The notes under the pieces: model-generated | Told to the model about the DNA's origin: nothing | Databases searched by the model: none | Seen by the model: the letters and a program-made list of their open reading frames with translations, nothing else | Translations under genes and position numbers: made by a program | Shown: positions 48,272 to 58,890 of the stretch, piece after piece | Layout: each line of letters starts with the position of its first letter | Numbering within the stretch: position 1 is the first letter of the stretch | Source of the DNA: an uncultured Gammaproteobacteria bacterium | Lineage (GTDB): Bacteria > Patescibacteriota > Patescibacteriia > Magasanikbacterales > UBA922 | Assembly: GCA_965231005.1 (NCBI GenBank) | Contig: OZ246405.1 | Coordinates: forward strand, 295,204-359,203 | Reading direction: 5' to 3' | DNA length: 64,000 bases

Positions 48272-48823
48272 CTATTTATTTCCAGGTTGATTGTAATGAT
48301 ATTTTCTATCTTCGTGAGAAAGGTGAATCAAGTGTTCGCGTATTTTATTTGGATGTGGGACGTTTCTTGCAATAATATCAACATTCATTGAAGCGGTTTT
48401 AACTTCAACATCTCCATACTTAAAAAATGTTGCAAAAAAACCATGTGTCTGTGAAGTAACATCTTGAATACGGAAAAGGTCAACTTCTGAGATAGAACGG
48501 GAAAATAAGCTTACTTGTTCAACATCAATAATGCGGTCATTTGTAATAATCCAAACGTCCAAATAGAATGTAATGAATTGTGCAAAAAAGAACAAAAAAA
48601 TGCTTAAAAAATACATACTGCCTACAAGGACAGCAATTGGATATACAATATCACCGTTTAAAATTGTAGGGTATAAATTATTAAACAAAAAATAAAGTGC
48701 AATAGGTACAGCCGCAAGGGTAATAAACATTGCCGTTTGTGGAATAAAAGTGACAGGATGTCGCCGTAGAACATGTTCTACACGTTCATATGATTTTTGT
48801 TTTATGAGCGCTGAAATTATCAT
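48272..48823 (-). CDS. membrane-anchored bacterial PH (bPH_2/YdbT-like) domain protein
   Basis: Two TM helices followed by a PH-like domain. Confidence 0.45.
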   Translation of the reverse strand: MIISALIKQKSYERVEHVLRRHPVTFIPQTAMFITLAAVPIALYFLFNNLYPTILNGDIVYPIAVLVGSMYFLSIFLFFFAQFITFYLDVWIITNDRIIDVEQVSLFSRSISEVDLFRIQDVTSQTHGFFATFFKYGDVEVKTASMNVDIIARNVPHPNKIREHLIHLSHEDRKYHYNQPGNK

Positions 48824-48831
48824 ATGTGTTA

Positions 48832-49104
48832 TTAAAATCCACCTTGCTCTTTAGCAACATCAGAAAACCAGTTGGCATCGAGGAGTGTGACGGGTTGTGT
48901 CCAGTCTACTGTTGCCAAGAGTTGAAATGTAAAATATAACGTAAATACTGTCACGACCATGACAAAAAATGTCATAGTAAAACTTGCAAGGGTAAAGCTC
49001 GCACTTTGAAAAATGTGGTAAATATTAATAAAGGCAAATGCAAAAAACACGCAAAGAAAAGCGAGATAGAGAAACAAAAATGTATAAAGGGGGATTGTGA
49101 TCAT
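48832..49104 (-). CDS. hypothetical small membrane protein
   Basis: Two or three TM helices. The start was trimmed to avoid overlap with ruvB. Confidence 0.3.
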   Translation of the reverse strand: MITIPLYTFLFLYLAFLCVFFAFAFINIYHIFQSASFTLASFTMTFFVMVVTVFTLYFTFQLLATVDWTQPVTLLDANWFSDVAKEQGGF

Positions 49105-49114
49105 AACTATTGTG

Positions 49115-50164
49115 CTACAAGAGTCTATCTTCTCCAACGCCTAAATGTGTATGAGCATGAGCTGTTACTTTTCTTCCACGAGGTGTTCGCTCAATCATAC
49201 CTATTTGCAACAAATAGGGTTCATAAATTGTTTCAACTGTATCTACATCTTCGGCAACCGATGCTGCAAGTGTGCTAAGCCCGACAGGTCCACCATTAAA
49301 TTTTGTAATAATTGTTGAAAGAATTTTTCTATCAATTGCATCTAGTCCTTTTTCATCAATATTAAGGAGAGATAACGCTTGGTCAGTTATTGTTTCATCT
49401 ATTATACCATTCGCCTTTACTTGCGCATAATCGCGAACGCGCTTCAGTAGTCGGTTTGCAACTCGAGGAGTTCGTCTTGCCCGTTGTGCGATCATCTCTG
49501 CTCCTGCAGGATTTATTCCAACATCAAGGAGTGAGGCGTTTCTCTTAATAATATCTGTAATATGGTCAGTCTCGTAAAAATCCAAATGATAGACATGACC
49601 AAATCTGTCTCTGAGTGGACTTGAGAGAAGATTCAGTTTTGTTGTTGCACCAATGAGTGTAAATTTTTCAAGTGGCATTCTTAGTGTCCGTGCTGCTGGA
49701 CCCTTTCCTACAACAATATCAAGGGCATAATCTTCCATGGCTGCATACATTACTTCTTCGATACTTCTGTTCATTCTATGAATTTCATCAATAAATAACA
49801 CATCGCCTTCTGACAAATTTGAAAGTATTGCAGCAAGATCACCAACACGTTCAAGTGCTGGACCTGCAGTAACCTTGATATTTACATTCATTTCTTTCGC
49901 AATGATATTTGCTAGGGTTGTCTTGCCCAGTCCTGGATTGCCATACAATAAAATATGCTCGATCGGCTCACTTCGATGTTTTGCTGCTTGTATTGAAATG
50001 TCGAGCGGCTCTTTTATATGTGCTTGTCCGACGAAGTCTTCTAATCGTTTGGGCCTAAGTGTCATTTCAATATAATCTTCTTCTTCACTGTGATTACCCA
50101 TACTGCTCACAATGCGAGATTCTTCGTTTTCTACTGCTAAATTGTCTGTATCAGGTGTTGTCAT
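49115..50164 (-). CDS. ruvB: Holliday junction branch migration DNA helicase RuvB
   Basis: Walker [17 protein letters not shown], sensor and winged-helix regions. Confidence 0.9.
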   Translation of the reverse strand: MTTPDTDNLAVENEESRIVSSMGNHSEEEDYIEMTLRPKRLEDFVGQAHIKEPLDISIQAAKHRSEPIEHILLYGNPGLGKTTLANIIAKEMNVNIKVTAGPALERVGDLAAILSNLSEGDVLFIDEIHRMNRSIEEVMYAAMEDYALDIVVGKGPAARTLRMPLEKFTLIGATTKLNLLSSPLRDRFGHVYHLDFYETDHITDIIKRNASLLDVGINPAGAEMIAQRARRTPRVANRLLKRVRDYAQVKANGIIDETITDQALSLLNIDEKGLDAIDRKILSTIITKFNGGPVGLSTLAASVAEDVDTVETIYEPYLLQIGMIERTPRGRKVTAHAHTHLGVGEDRLL

Positions 50165-50308
50165 AGTAGGGGTATTGTACGTTGTTATGAAAAGAAAATC
50201 AATTTATTGGTGAGAATGTTTTTTTCTTATTTTTACTGTGTGGATAACTTTTTTTTCTAAAGAATTTTGTTGCTAGATTAAGTCAAAACTTGGAATTTGA
50301 AAATATAT

Positions 50309-50338
50309 TTGGAGGCAAAACAAAAAATATGGTATAAT
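50309..50338 (+). promoter_or_regulatory. nrdAB promoter with an extended -10
   Basis: TTGGAG, an 18-nt spacer, then TGgTATAAT. Confidence 0.4.
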
Positions 50339-50355
50339 GTCTTAGCTTTAACAAA

Positions 50356-50400
50356 ACACAATATATAGTGGTTGAAATAACTTTCAATACGTATATATTG
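50356..50400 (+). promoter_or_regulatory. tandem NrdR-box-like palindromes between the promoter and nrdA
   Basis: ACACAATATATAGTGG at 50356-50371 and CAATACGTATATATTG at 50385-50400, compared with the consensus acaCwAtATaTwGtgt. Centres are about 29 bp apart. Confidence 0.4.
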
Positions 50401-50492
50401 TTAACGCCTTGCCTGTCGACTTCTGTCTATTACCAAAAAGTAATAGATATTTTTTCCTGACAGACCTTAATACATAATTAAACATAAACAAT

Positions 50493-53360
50493 ATGTACAA
50501 TTCCTCATTGACAACAATTAAAAAACGCAGCGGAGAAATTACAGAGTTTGATGCTGCAAAGATTGCTTTGGCTATCCAAAAAGCAACAGTTGAGACAATG
50601 GGGAAATATGATCCAGAACTTGTCAAAAAGATGACGCTGGAAATTATCGCAACATTGGAAAAGCAATTTGTGGAAAAAACACCTTCAGTCGAAGATGTAC
50701 AGAACGTAGTTGAACGTTCTCTTATGGATCAAGGAATGTTTGCTGTTGCAAAGGCATACATTATTTATAGATATGAACACCAAAAGCGACGTGAAGTAAA
50801 GAAAAGAGAAGTGCAAGAAAAAATTGAAGAAGGTGGACTATATATTACAAAACGGTCAGGGCAAAAAGAACTTTTTTCTCTTGAAAAACTAAAAAAGAGT
50901 TTAGAATATATTGTAAAAGGATACGAAGATGTTGTAGATGTACATGTTATTGCAAATCAAGTTCGTACAGAAATTTATGAGGATATTAGTACAGCTGAGA
51001 TTGAACGTTCTGTGGTTATGGTCTTCCGTTCTTGGATTGAGCAAGATCCAGCATATTCTACTGTTGCATCAAAGGCACTTCTAATAAGAAATTATAAATA
51101 TGTAATTGGTCATGACAAATTTGATGTATCACGTCTGCATGACCAACTACGGCAATCGTTTGCTGAAAATATTGTAAAGGGAGTTGGTTTGGGTAAAATT
51201 GACCCACGCATGCTTACATATGATATTGAAGCGCTTGCTGAAAAATTAGACTTTAGCCGAGATGCTGACCATACATATCTCAGCACACAAACATTGGTAG
51301 ACAGATACTTTATTCGAAATCCAAAAACAAACGATGTACTTGAAACACCACAGGGATTCTGGATGCGTGTTGCCATGGGACTTGCTATTGCTGAAAAAGA
51401 TCGACAAGCTCGTGCAGTTGAATTTTATACTGTCATGAGTAAGTTGTTGTTTGTTCCTTCAACACCAACATTGTTCCATGCAGGGACAAGTCATCCACAA
51501 CTCAGCTCATGTTATCTTACAACAATTGATGATTCGCTTGAACATATCTTCAAATGTATTTCAGACAATGCTCAACTTTCTAAATGGTCTGGTGGAATTG
51601 GGAACGACTGGACAAATCTTCGTGGTATTGGATCACTCATTCGCGGAACAGGTGTATCAAGTCAAGGGATTATCCCATTCTTGAAAATTGCAAACGACAC
51701 AACCGCAGCTATCAACAGAAGCGGCAGAAGACGTGGCGCAACATGTGCGTACCTTGAAACATGGCACTGGGATATTGAAGATTTCTTAGAACTACGAAAA
51801 AATACAGGAGATGAACGTCGACGAACACACGACATGAATACATCAAATTGGATTCCTGATCTGTTTATGAAGCGTGTTCGCGAAGATGGAGAATGGAGTT
51901 TATTCTCACCAGACGAAGCACCAGACCTTCATCATTTATACGGAAAAGAATTTGAAGCGCGGTACGCTGAATATGAAGAAAAAGGGAAACGTGGTGATCT
52001 TACATTGTACAGAAGCATGAAAGCACGTGATTTATGGAAAAAAATGTTAACAATGTTGTTTGAGACAGGACATCCATGGATTACATTTAAAGACCCATGT
52101 AATTTACGCTCACCACAAGACCATGTTGGTGTTGTGCATAGTTCAAATCTTTGTACTGAAATTACATTAAATACATCTCCAGATGAAACTGCAGTATGTA
52201 ATTTAGGATCAGTGAACTTGGAACGTCATGTTGTAAATGGTTCGTTTGATGAAGCCCTTGTACAAAAGACAGTGAAGACTGCCATGCGCATGCTCGACAA
52301 TGTGATTGATATTAACTTTTATCCAACAAAAGAAGCAAAAAACGCAAACATGCGTCATCGTCCAGTTGGGCTTGGTGTCATGGGATTCCAAAATGCGCTC
52401 TACAAAATGAATATTAACTTTGATTCCGATGCAGCAGTTACATTTGCAGATTACACACAAGAAGTTGTGTCATACCATGCAATTATGACTTCATCAGAAC
52501 TAGCAAAAGAACGTGGGGCATATTCAACATACAAAGGATCAAAATGGTATCGCAACATTTTCCCAGTAGACACCATTGATTTACTTGAACAAGAACGTGG
52601 TGTACCTATTGAAATGTCACGAGAAGGAAGACTTGATTGGGGACCTGTAAGAAAATCAGTACAAATGTATGGAATGAGAAATTCAAATTGTATGGCTGTT
52701 GCGCCAACAGCAACTATTTCAAATATTTCTGGCACAACTCCTACTATTGAACCGATCTACAAGAACATTTATGTAAAATCAAACCAAGCAGGTGACTTTA
52801 CTATTGTAAATCCATTCCTTGTCCGAGAATTGAAAGTATTAAATTTATGGGATAGTGAAATGCTTGGAAAACTAAAATATAATGATGGAAGCATTTCAAA
52901 GATTACTGAAATTCCAGAAGAAGTTCGTGGTAAATACAAAGAAGTATTTGAAATTTCTCCAGAATGGCTTATCAAAGTTGCAGCGCACAGAGGAAAGTGG
53001 ATTGATCAAAGTCAATCACTCAATGTGTTCTATGCAGGAAAGTCCGGAAGAGAAATCGCAGGTATTTACATGTATGCATGGGAACTTGGATTAAAGACAA
53101 CATATTACTTGAGAACAATGGCAGTATCACAGGTTGAAAAATCTACAGTGAATACAACACAATACGGAGAAACACATCATAGAAATGCTGGGACTACAGA
53201 GAAAAAAGAACCCCCAGCAGCTCCAGCGCCAGTTGCAATGACTGTTCCTGCGCCAGCTGCTCCAAAGGCCCCAACACCAGCGCCAGTTCCAGTACAGACA
53301 CCAGTTGCAGAAATTAAACTGTGTCGCATTGAAGATCCCGATTGTGAAGCTTGTCAATAA
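50493..53360 (+). CDS. nrdA: ribonucleoside-diphosphate reductase alpha subunit (class I, with an N-terminal ATP cone)
   Basis: ATP-cone at the N-terminus. Catalytic Cys/Asn/Glu motifs. C-terminal CxxC tail CRIEDPDCEAC. Confidence 0.9.
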   Translation: MYNSSLTTIKKRSGEITEFDAAKIALAIQKATVETMGKYDPELVKKMTLEIIATLEKQFVEKTPSVEDVQNVVERSLMDQGMFAVAKAYIIYRYEHQKRREVKKREVQEKIEEGGLYITKRSGQKELFSLEKLKKSLEYIVKGYEDVVDVHVIANQVRTEIYEDISTAEIERSVVMVFRSWIEQDPAYSTVASKALLIRNYKYVIGHDKFDVSRLHDQLRQSFAENIVKGVGLGKIDPRMLTYDIEALAEKLDFSRDADHTYLSTQTLVDRYFIRNPKTNDVLETPQGFWMRVAMGLAIAEKDRQARAVEFYTVMSKLLFVPSTPTLFHAGTSHPQLSSCYLTTIDDSLEHIFKCISDNAQLSKWSGGIGNDWTNLRGIGSLIRGTGVSSQGIIPFLKIANDTTAAINRSGRRRGATCAYLETWHWDIEDFLELRKNTGDERRRTHDMNTSNWIPDLFMKRVREDGEWSLFSPDEAPDLHHLYGKEFEARYAEYEEKGKRGDLTLYRSMKARDLWKKMLTMLFETGHPWITFKDPCNLRSPQDHVGVVHSSNLCTEITLNTSPDETAVCNLGSVNLERHVVNGSFDEALVQKTVKTAMRMLDNVIDINFYPTKEAKNANMRHRPVGLGVMGFQNALYKMNINFDSDAAVTFADYTQEVVSYHAIMTSSELAKERGAYSTYKGSKWYRNIFPVDTIDLLEQERGVPIEMSREGRLDWGPVRKSVQMYGMRNSNCMAVAPTATISNISGTTPTIEPIYKNIYVKSNQAGDFTIVNPFLVRELKVLNLWDSEMLGKLKYNDGSISKITEIPEEVRGKYKEVFEISPEWLIKVAAHRGKWIDQSQSLNVFYAGKSGREIAGIYMYAWELGLKTTYYLRTMAVSQVEKSTVNTTQYGETHHRNAGTTEKKEPPAAPAPVAMTVPAPAAPKAPTPAPVPVQTPVAEIKLCRIEDPDCEACQ

Positions 53361-53381
53361 TTAGTTTGTAACATATTTTTT

Positions 53382-54416
53382 ATGCCTATTACAAAAACAA
53401 CTGAACGAGTTGACATTAACAAGCGGCGCATTATCAATGGTGTGGACGCAGATGTTATGCAGCTTTATCCCATGAAACACACCTTTGCATGGGATGCATA
53501 CAATGCAGGAAATGCAAATCACTGGCTTCCAACTGAGATTATCATGCAAAATGATATTGAGCAGTGGCGAGCAGCAGACGCTCTTACCGATGATGAACGT
53601 CATGCATTCAAGACCGTGCTGGGATTTTTCACAACAGCTGATTCTATTGCCGCAAATAATATTGTTATTGCAGCGTACAGACATATTACATCTCCAGAAT
53701 GTCGTATGTATTTGCTTCGCCAAGCATATGAAGAAGCAATTCACACACATGCATACCAGTATATTGTAGAAAGTCTTGGACTGGACGAAGGTGAAATTTT
53801 TAACATGTATCGTGAAGTAGATGCAATTTATAACAAAGCATCATTCATTTTGACATTTAATGAAGGAATCTTTAACCCACAGTTTGAAACTGGTACGTTT
53901 GAATCAGATCAGAAATTCTTAGAAAATATTATTGTATTCTCATTGATTATGGAAGGAATATTTTTCTACAGTTCTTTTGCCGTCATGTTTGGATTCCAAA
54001 GACAAAATAAAATGGTTGGTTCAGCGGAACAGATTCAGTACATTATGCGTGACGAGTCACAACATTTGAATTTTGGTATTAATTTAATCAACACTATTAA
54101 AGAAGAACAGCCAGAATTGTGGACACCAGAATTTCAACAACACATTATTAATTTAGTAAGAGAAGGAACAGAACTTGAATATACATTTGCTGCAACAGTA
54201 TTTCCTAAGGGAATTTTTGGTATGAATGCGGAAGGATTTAAACAGTACATTGAGCATATTGCAGACAGACGTTTAGCACGTATTGGATTACCAGCGCAAT
54301 ACAATGTAAATAATCCTTTCCCATGGATGAGTGAAGCGATTGATTTGAACAAGGAAAAGAATTTCTTTGAAACGAGAGTTATTGAATACCAGACTGGAGG
54401 AGCATTGGATTGGTAA
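53382..54416 (+). CDS. nrdB: ribonucleoside-diphosphate reductase beta subunit
   Basis: Di-iron ligands (EEAIHTHAY...EGIFFYSSFA...DESQHLNF). A terminator follows at 54461-54490. Confidence 0.9.
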   Translation: MPITKTTERVDINKRRIINGVDADVMQLYPMKHTFAWDAYNAGNANHWLPTEIIMQNDIEQWRAADALTDDERHAFKTVLGFFTTADSIAANNIVIAAYRHITSPECRMYLLRQAYEEAIHTHAYQYIVESLGLDEGEIFNMYREVDAIYNKASFILTFNEGIFNPQFETGTFESDQKFLENIIVFSLIMEGIFFYSSFAVMFGFQRQNKMVGSAEQIQYIMRDESQHLNFGINLINTIKEEQPELWTPEFQQHIINLVREGTELEYTFAATVFPKGIFGMNAEGFKQYIEHIADRRLARIGLPAQYNVNNPFPWMSEAIDLNKEKNFFETRVIEYQTGGALDW

Positions 54417-54498
54417 ATATTAACAACAATTCCTTTGCGCACAAATGCTTGTCGTGCAAAGAACCCTCGGCCCTGGCTGAGGGTTTTGTTATGTTACA

Positions 54499-54527
54499 TT
54501 GACAAAGCTAAAAAACTCTGCTACTGT
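54499..54527 (+). promoter_or_regulatory. sigma-70-like promoter of the small GC-rich gene
   Basis: TTGACA, a 17-nt spacer, then TACTGT. It is followed by ACAAGGGGGTG at 54542-54552. Confidence 0.4.
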
Positions 54528-54555
54528 GTTTTTAATCAACAACAAGGGGGTGGCA

Positions 54556-54825
54556 ATGTTGCCGACGCAAATCGAGGTTTCGTATTCAGGTCAAGCATGG
54601 AAGCGCTTCATCAGTCCGCGGATGATCCACGATGATCATCGTGCGTTCTTCGAACAGGACGATCTGACCGGCAAGGTCATTGTCTGCGGGAGCAAACGGA
54701 TGACCGTGACAGAAGACACGCAGAACGGAAACACACTCGTTCCCGAGCGAACGCTGGTGTGCAAGCCGCTTCAGAACGGTGTGCCGCCGATCACATTTTT
54801 TCTGTCTCCGGGCGAGGATGAGTAG
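54556..54825 (+). CDS. small hypothetical protein (89 aa), GC-rich island gene
   Basis: The ATG lies 4 nt after ACAAGGGGGTG. No recognisable domain. Confidence 0.45.
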   Translation: MLPTQIEVSYSGQAWKRFISPRMIHDDHRAFFEQDDLTGKVIVCGSKRMTVTEDTQNGNTLVPERTLVCKPLQNGVPPITFFLSPGEDE

Positions 54826-54928
54826 GATCGATTTCTCCAACAACAAGGAGGCGCTGTCTCAGAAGTACTGGGACGGCGCAACACGAAAAACCCTCATATG
54901 TATGGGGTTTTTTTGTTTTAGATATAGT

Positions 54929-55483
54929 TTAGTTTTTTAGAGTAAACTCCCAGCCTGGCTTCCATGCCTTGGTGTGCCTCCAATCCTCGTCTATAGCCTG
55001 TTGCCAAGTTTTTCCATTGAGTAGCACTTCAAGCGCAAGTTGTGGTGCTTGGTGTGCAACTATTGCAATATGTTTTCCTGCGTATTCTTTTTTTAGGTAA
55101 GAAAGAAAGTCATTTATTCTGTTTTCAACGTCTTTGTAACTTTCTCCATTTGGAAATGATGCATTGATGTATTCTTTCATTTTTGGTTTGAAGGATGACC
55201 CGGGCGCCTCGTTAAAATCACCATAGTTTGCCTCACGAAGTCGTGCATCATGAATTATTTTATATGTACCACCAAATGCCAGTTCAGATGAATCAATTGC
55301 TCTTTTTAAATCAGAGCAAAACACAACATCAAATTGTTTATCTGCAACCATTGGTCCAAGATCTTTTGCTTGTTGGATTCCAAGTTCAGAAAGTTTTCCT
55401 TGTGCCCAACCAGTTGCAAGACCTTGTTCGTTATCGGTTGTTGTACCGTGAACAAAGTATGTAATTGTAACATCTTGCGACAT
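54929..55483 (-). CDS. histidine phosphatase family protein (phosphoglycerate mutase-like)
   Basis: N-terminal FVHGTT (RHG-like) and C-terminal VAHQAP. Confidence 0.7.
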   Translation of the reverse strand: MSQDVTITYFVHGTTTDNEQGLATGWAQGKLSELGIQQAKDLGPMVADKQFDVVFCSDLKRAIDSSELAFGGTYKIIHDARLREANYGDFNEAPGSSFKPKMKEYINASFPNGESYKDVENRINDFLSYLKKEYAGKHIAIVAHQAPQLALEVLLNGKTWQQAIDEDWRHTKAWKPGWEFTLKN

Positions 55484-55484
55484 A

Positions 55485-56192
55485 TTACACAGTCTTTACT
55501 ATTTTATCTCCACCACCAGTTCGTTTTTGTTCATGATACCAATCAACGGCCTTTTTTAAATCATCTTTACTAAACGCAGGCCATTTTACTTTTGGAAAAT
55601 ACAATTCTGCATACGATGCTTGCCAAAGCATATACCCAGAAAATCGTTGATGGTCTGATGTTCGGATCATAAGGTCAACGTTTGGCATGTCTGCAGTATC
55701 TAAATATTTCTCAAATGACTCCTCGGTAAGTTCATCAGATGACACATCTGAATCAATAACTTTGTGGATCGCACGAATCATTTCATCTCGTCCACCATAA
55801 TTAATTGCTAATGTAAGAACTGTCCCAGTGTGGTCTTTTGTTTTATCTTTTAATTCCTGCATGACTTCCTGTGTTCTTTCTGGAAGTTTTGTAAGATCAC
55901 CAATGGTATTAAAACGAACATTGTATTCTTTAAAATCATTTAGATGATTAAGGATTTTATTTGCAAGGGAAAATAAATGTTCTAATTCTTTTTCACTTCT
56001 TTTTTTGAAATTTTCAGTTGAAAGTGCCCAGAGTGTCAAATAGGGGATGTTGAATTCAGTCGCTGCTATGGCAATAGTGCGTACGTTTTTTGCTCCTTCT
56101 GTGTGCCCAACCAGTTTTGGAAGTCCTTTTGCAGTAGCCCATGTTCTGTTCCCATCCATTACTATTGCGATATGTCTAAGCTCATTCTTCAT
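55485..56192 (-). CDS. uppS: undecaprenyl-diphosphate synthase (cis-prenyltransferase)
   Basis: IAIVMDGNRTWA and the RTSDHQRFSGYMLWQ...ELYF motifs. Confidence 0.9.
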   Translation of the reverse strand: MKNELRHIAIVMDGNRTWATAKGLPKLVGHTEGAKNVRTIAIAATEFNIPYLTLWALSTENFKKRSEKELEHLFSLANKILNHLNDFKEYNVRFNTIGDLTKLPERTQEVMQELKDKTKDHTGTVLTLAINYGGRDEMIRAIHKVIDSDVSSDELTEESFEKYLDTADMPNVDLMIRTSDHQRFSGYMLWQASYAELYFPKVKWPAFSKDDLKKAVDWYHEQKRTGGGDKIVKTV

Positions 56193-56303
56193 AAGAAATA
56201 TATAATAACAGTTCTAATATTAGCCCAATTCAGTGAATAAATCAAGGCTAGAGGTACTTGATTTTCAATTTTCAGTATGATAGTCTATGGATATTGTATA
56301 CCT

Positions 56304-56384
56304 GCCGCGGTGGTGGAACGGTATACACGAGGGACTTAAAATCCCTTGCCTTCGGGCTTGCGGGTTCAAATCCCGCCCGCGGTA
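56304..56384 (+). tRNA. tRNA-Leu (UAA), class II with a UUCG-capped variable arm
   Basis: Acceptor GCCGCGG/CCGCGGT. Anticodon stem-loop AGGGA-CTTAAAA-TCCCT. Variable arm TGCCTTCGGGCTT. T-arm GCGGG-TTCAAAT-CCCGC. Confidence 0.85.
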
Positions 56385-56388
56385 CAAA

Positions 56389-56420
56389 AAAATTCCTGGT
56401 AAAGACCAGGAATTTTTGTT
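56389..56420. terminator. bidirectional terminator
   Basis: AATTCCTGG-taaagacc-CCAGGAATT flanked by A- and T-runs. It serves tRNA-Leu on the plus strand and the AI-2E gene on the minus strand. Confidence 0.5.
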
Positions 56421-56429
56421 TTAGTTTTA

Positions 56430-57500
56430 TCAGTTATGCGACAACTCGTGTTTGTAGTAGTGGTTGTAAATTGACATGATTGCTAGGTAAAGGGACACAA
56501 TAATTGGTCCAATTACAAATCCTGATATTCCAAAGAGGAAGATTCCACCAAGTGTAGAAAGCAGAACAAGAAGTGGATGCATTTCAACATCTTTTCCAAT
56601 AAGTGGTGGTCGTAATAAATTATCGATTAAACCTATTACAAATGTTCCAATCACCAGAATAAGTACTCCTTGCCAGATATTTCCAAGTGCAAGCATAATT
56701 AGTCCTGCAGGAAGCCAAACAATTACAGAACCAATCGCAGGAATGATTGAAAGAATTGTCATAATAACTCCCCAAATAAGTGCACCTTCAATGCCAACCG
56801 CCCAAAATAATACACCAGCCAAAAATCCTTGAATACCACCGATAATAAATGTGCTTTTCATTGTTGCTCGTGTTACGGAGTTAAATCGGTCAAAGAGCAT
56901 TTGCTCATACTTGTCTCCAAGTGGAGATAAGTACATAAGTCGTTTTAACATTCGCTTTCCATCTTTGAAAAAATAATACAGTGTATATAAAAGTAAGAAG
57001 AACATGAACATGAACTTCGCAGAATTTTGTGTTATATTTTTTGCCCAGAGTAAAATGTAATTTGTTGATTTTTCTGCAACAGTTGAAATATATGTTGGCC
57101 ATTGTTCTCTTGCCTGATCAAAAAATGGCATAAGTGCAGTTCCTTCTATCCACTTTGTTGCCAATTCTACATCGTGTTGTAAATCTCTCTGCGCAATTGA
57201 TTGATATAATTCAAATGATTGACCAACAATAAGCGTTGAAAGAATCGCAAGCGGAATAATTAAAATAACTACCACAAGTACAAGCATGAAAAATGCTGCC
57301 ATGGCATCATGCTTTATTTTTTTTAACATCCATTTGTGAACAGGAGCAAACATAACAGCAATAATAGCTGCCCAAAAGATTGGATAAAAAAATGGCTCAA
57401 AAAGATAGAGCATTGCAATACTTAGTAATATAATAAGACCAAAAAAGAAAATGGTTCTCATGGTATCAAAACTAAGTGTGTGCTTTTTTGATGGAGGCAT
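56430..57500 (-). CDS. AI-2E family transporter (UPF0118)
   Basis: Eight TM helices with a conserved C-terminal region. Confidence 0.75.
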   Translation of the reverse strand: MPPSKKHTLSFDTMRTIFFFGLIILLSIAMLYLFEPFFYPIFWAAIIAVMFAPVHKWMLKKIKHDAMAAFFMLVLVVVILIIPLAILSTLIVGQSFELYQSIAQRDLQHDVELATKWIEGTALMPFFDQAREQWPTYISTVAEKSTNYILLWAKNITQNSAKFMFMFFLLLYTLYYFFKDGKRMLKRLMYLSPLGDKYEQMLFDRFNSVTRATMKSTFIIGGIQGFLAGVLFWAVGIEGALIWGVIMTILSIIPAIGSVIVWLPAGLIMLALGNIWQGVLILVIGTFVIGLIDNLLRPPLIGKDVEMHPLLVLLSTLGGIFLFGISGFVIGPIIVSLYLAIMSIYNHYYKHELSHN

Positions 57501-57562
57501 CGGTTTGGGTTAATATTTAATAGTTATTACCCCTAGAGTATAACAAACTTTTTTAAGATCTG

Positions 57563-58789
57563 CTATGCTGCTGGTCGCATTCTTTCTTTTTTCATTCTAT
57601 CTCTTGCCCGTGCCATCATTTCATCTGCCTCGGCAATTGCTTCAGCAATAAGTTCTGCTGTACTTTTTTTCTCCCCTAATGGAATTTGCATTGTTTCTTT
57701 GTGTTGTTTTCTCAGTTGTTTATCAACTTGAGCATTTTTCCTTGCAATGTGTTCTCTTGCAGAGAGTCTGCCTGTCTTTTCCCTGTTGGGATATAGTTTT
57801 TCTCTATTAATAGCAAACATGAGATCTTTTTCAGCAATCTGGTCTGAAATTGTTTTTTCAGCATATGTGGCTTGTGGATCAAGACGTATAATTTCTTCCT
57901 CAAGTTTTCTTACAGCGTCTGCTGCACCTTCAAGCTGTCCAGAATGTTCAAATGCTGTGAGTTCTTTTTCTAATTCATCTTCAAGGTCTAAAAATTTTTG
58001 TAATGCTGATTCAAATTCCTTTTCAGCATCTTCAACAGCGTCATAAGCATCTGGTTCACCACGTATTTCAGCATTTCTTGCCACTGTTCTTTTGTCGTAG
58101 GCTTTTACAATGCCGGGTTTGTATTTGTAGTCGAGAAGCTCTGCTGCGTCTTTTTCTATATCTGAGAGCGCTTGTAGATCATTACTTTTATTATGTGAAC
58201 TACTTGATGAAAAATATACTTTTCTTCGATCTTTTGGAAGTGTCTTTTTTAATTTATATATTTTTGAAAGGACATTTACAAAGTGTTGCTCTTTGTAAAC
58301 TGCCTCTAGTCTTTCTTTATCTGCTTCAGGAAGTATTTTCCTTGCTTGTGTAAGTGTTTCTGCATCTTCAATTTTTTTTCTTAGTAGTTGTATATCAATT
58401 TCAAGCTTTGCTGCGGCCGCTGCATGCTCTTCCTTTTTACCATGTTCTTCATCCCATCCGTCTGTTTTAGGTCCAGCAAGTATTTCTTGTTGAATTACTA
58501 ATTCTTGTAGTTTTTGTTTGTCCCATTCCAAATGGGCTGCATCTAATTCTTCAGATCTATAGTAGGTGTATTTCCCTCCGCGTCGATGTCTAACGTCTCT
58601 TTCAATTTCATCTACTGCTTGCTGTGCCTTGATACGTTTTCCAGTTTGCTCATTAAGTTGTTGTTTCTTTTCACTATAAAATTTCTCCATTGCCTGAAGT
58701 TTTTCTGATAGGTCAGATTCTGGCTGTTTTTTATCTTTCCAAAATTTATTAGCAAGGGAAAATCTTCCCTCTACAAATCCAAATGGCAT
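57563..58789 (-). CDS. hypothetical coiled-coil protein (Lys/Glu-rich)
   Basis: 408 aa of predominantly charged helical sequence. No recognisable domain. Confidence 0.45.
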   Translation of the reverse strand: MPFGFVEGRFSLANKFWKDKKQPESDLSEKLQAMEKFYSEKKQQLNEQTGKRIKAQQAVDEIERDVRHRRGGKYTYYRSEELDAAHLEWDKQKLQELVIQQEILAGPKTDGWDEEHGKKEEHAAAAAKLEIDIQLLRKKIEDAETLTQARKILPEADKERLEAVYKEQHFVNVLSKIYKLKKTLPKDRRKVYFSSSSSHNKSNDLQALSDIEKDAAELLDYKYKPGIVKAYDKRTVARNAEIRGEPDAYDAVEDAEKEFESALQKFLDLEDELEKELTAFEHSGQLEGAADAVRKLEEEIIRLDPQATYAEKTISDQIAEKDLMFAINREKLYPNREKTGRLSAREHIARKNAQVDKQLRKQHKETMQIPLGEKKSTAELIAEAIAEADEMMARARDRMKKERMRPAA

Positions 58790-58796
58790 ATTACTA

Positions 58797-58889
58797 CTAG
58801 TTATTAGTCATTAGTTAATAGTTATTAGTTTTTCTAGAAAATTTTGTCCTAGTTGCCTAATAACTAATAGCTAGTAACTACTAACTAAT
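58797..58889. repeat. inverted pair of TAATAG/TTATTAG-rich repeats around a 24-bp spacer (MITE-like, or a promoter module)
   Basis: Left arm tactagttattagtcattagttaatagttattag. The reverse complement of the right arm is cattagttagtagttactagctattagttattagg. Confidence 0.4.
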
Positions 58890-58890
58890 G

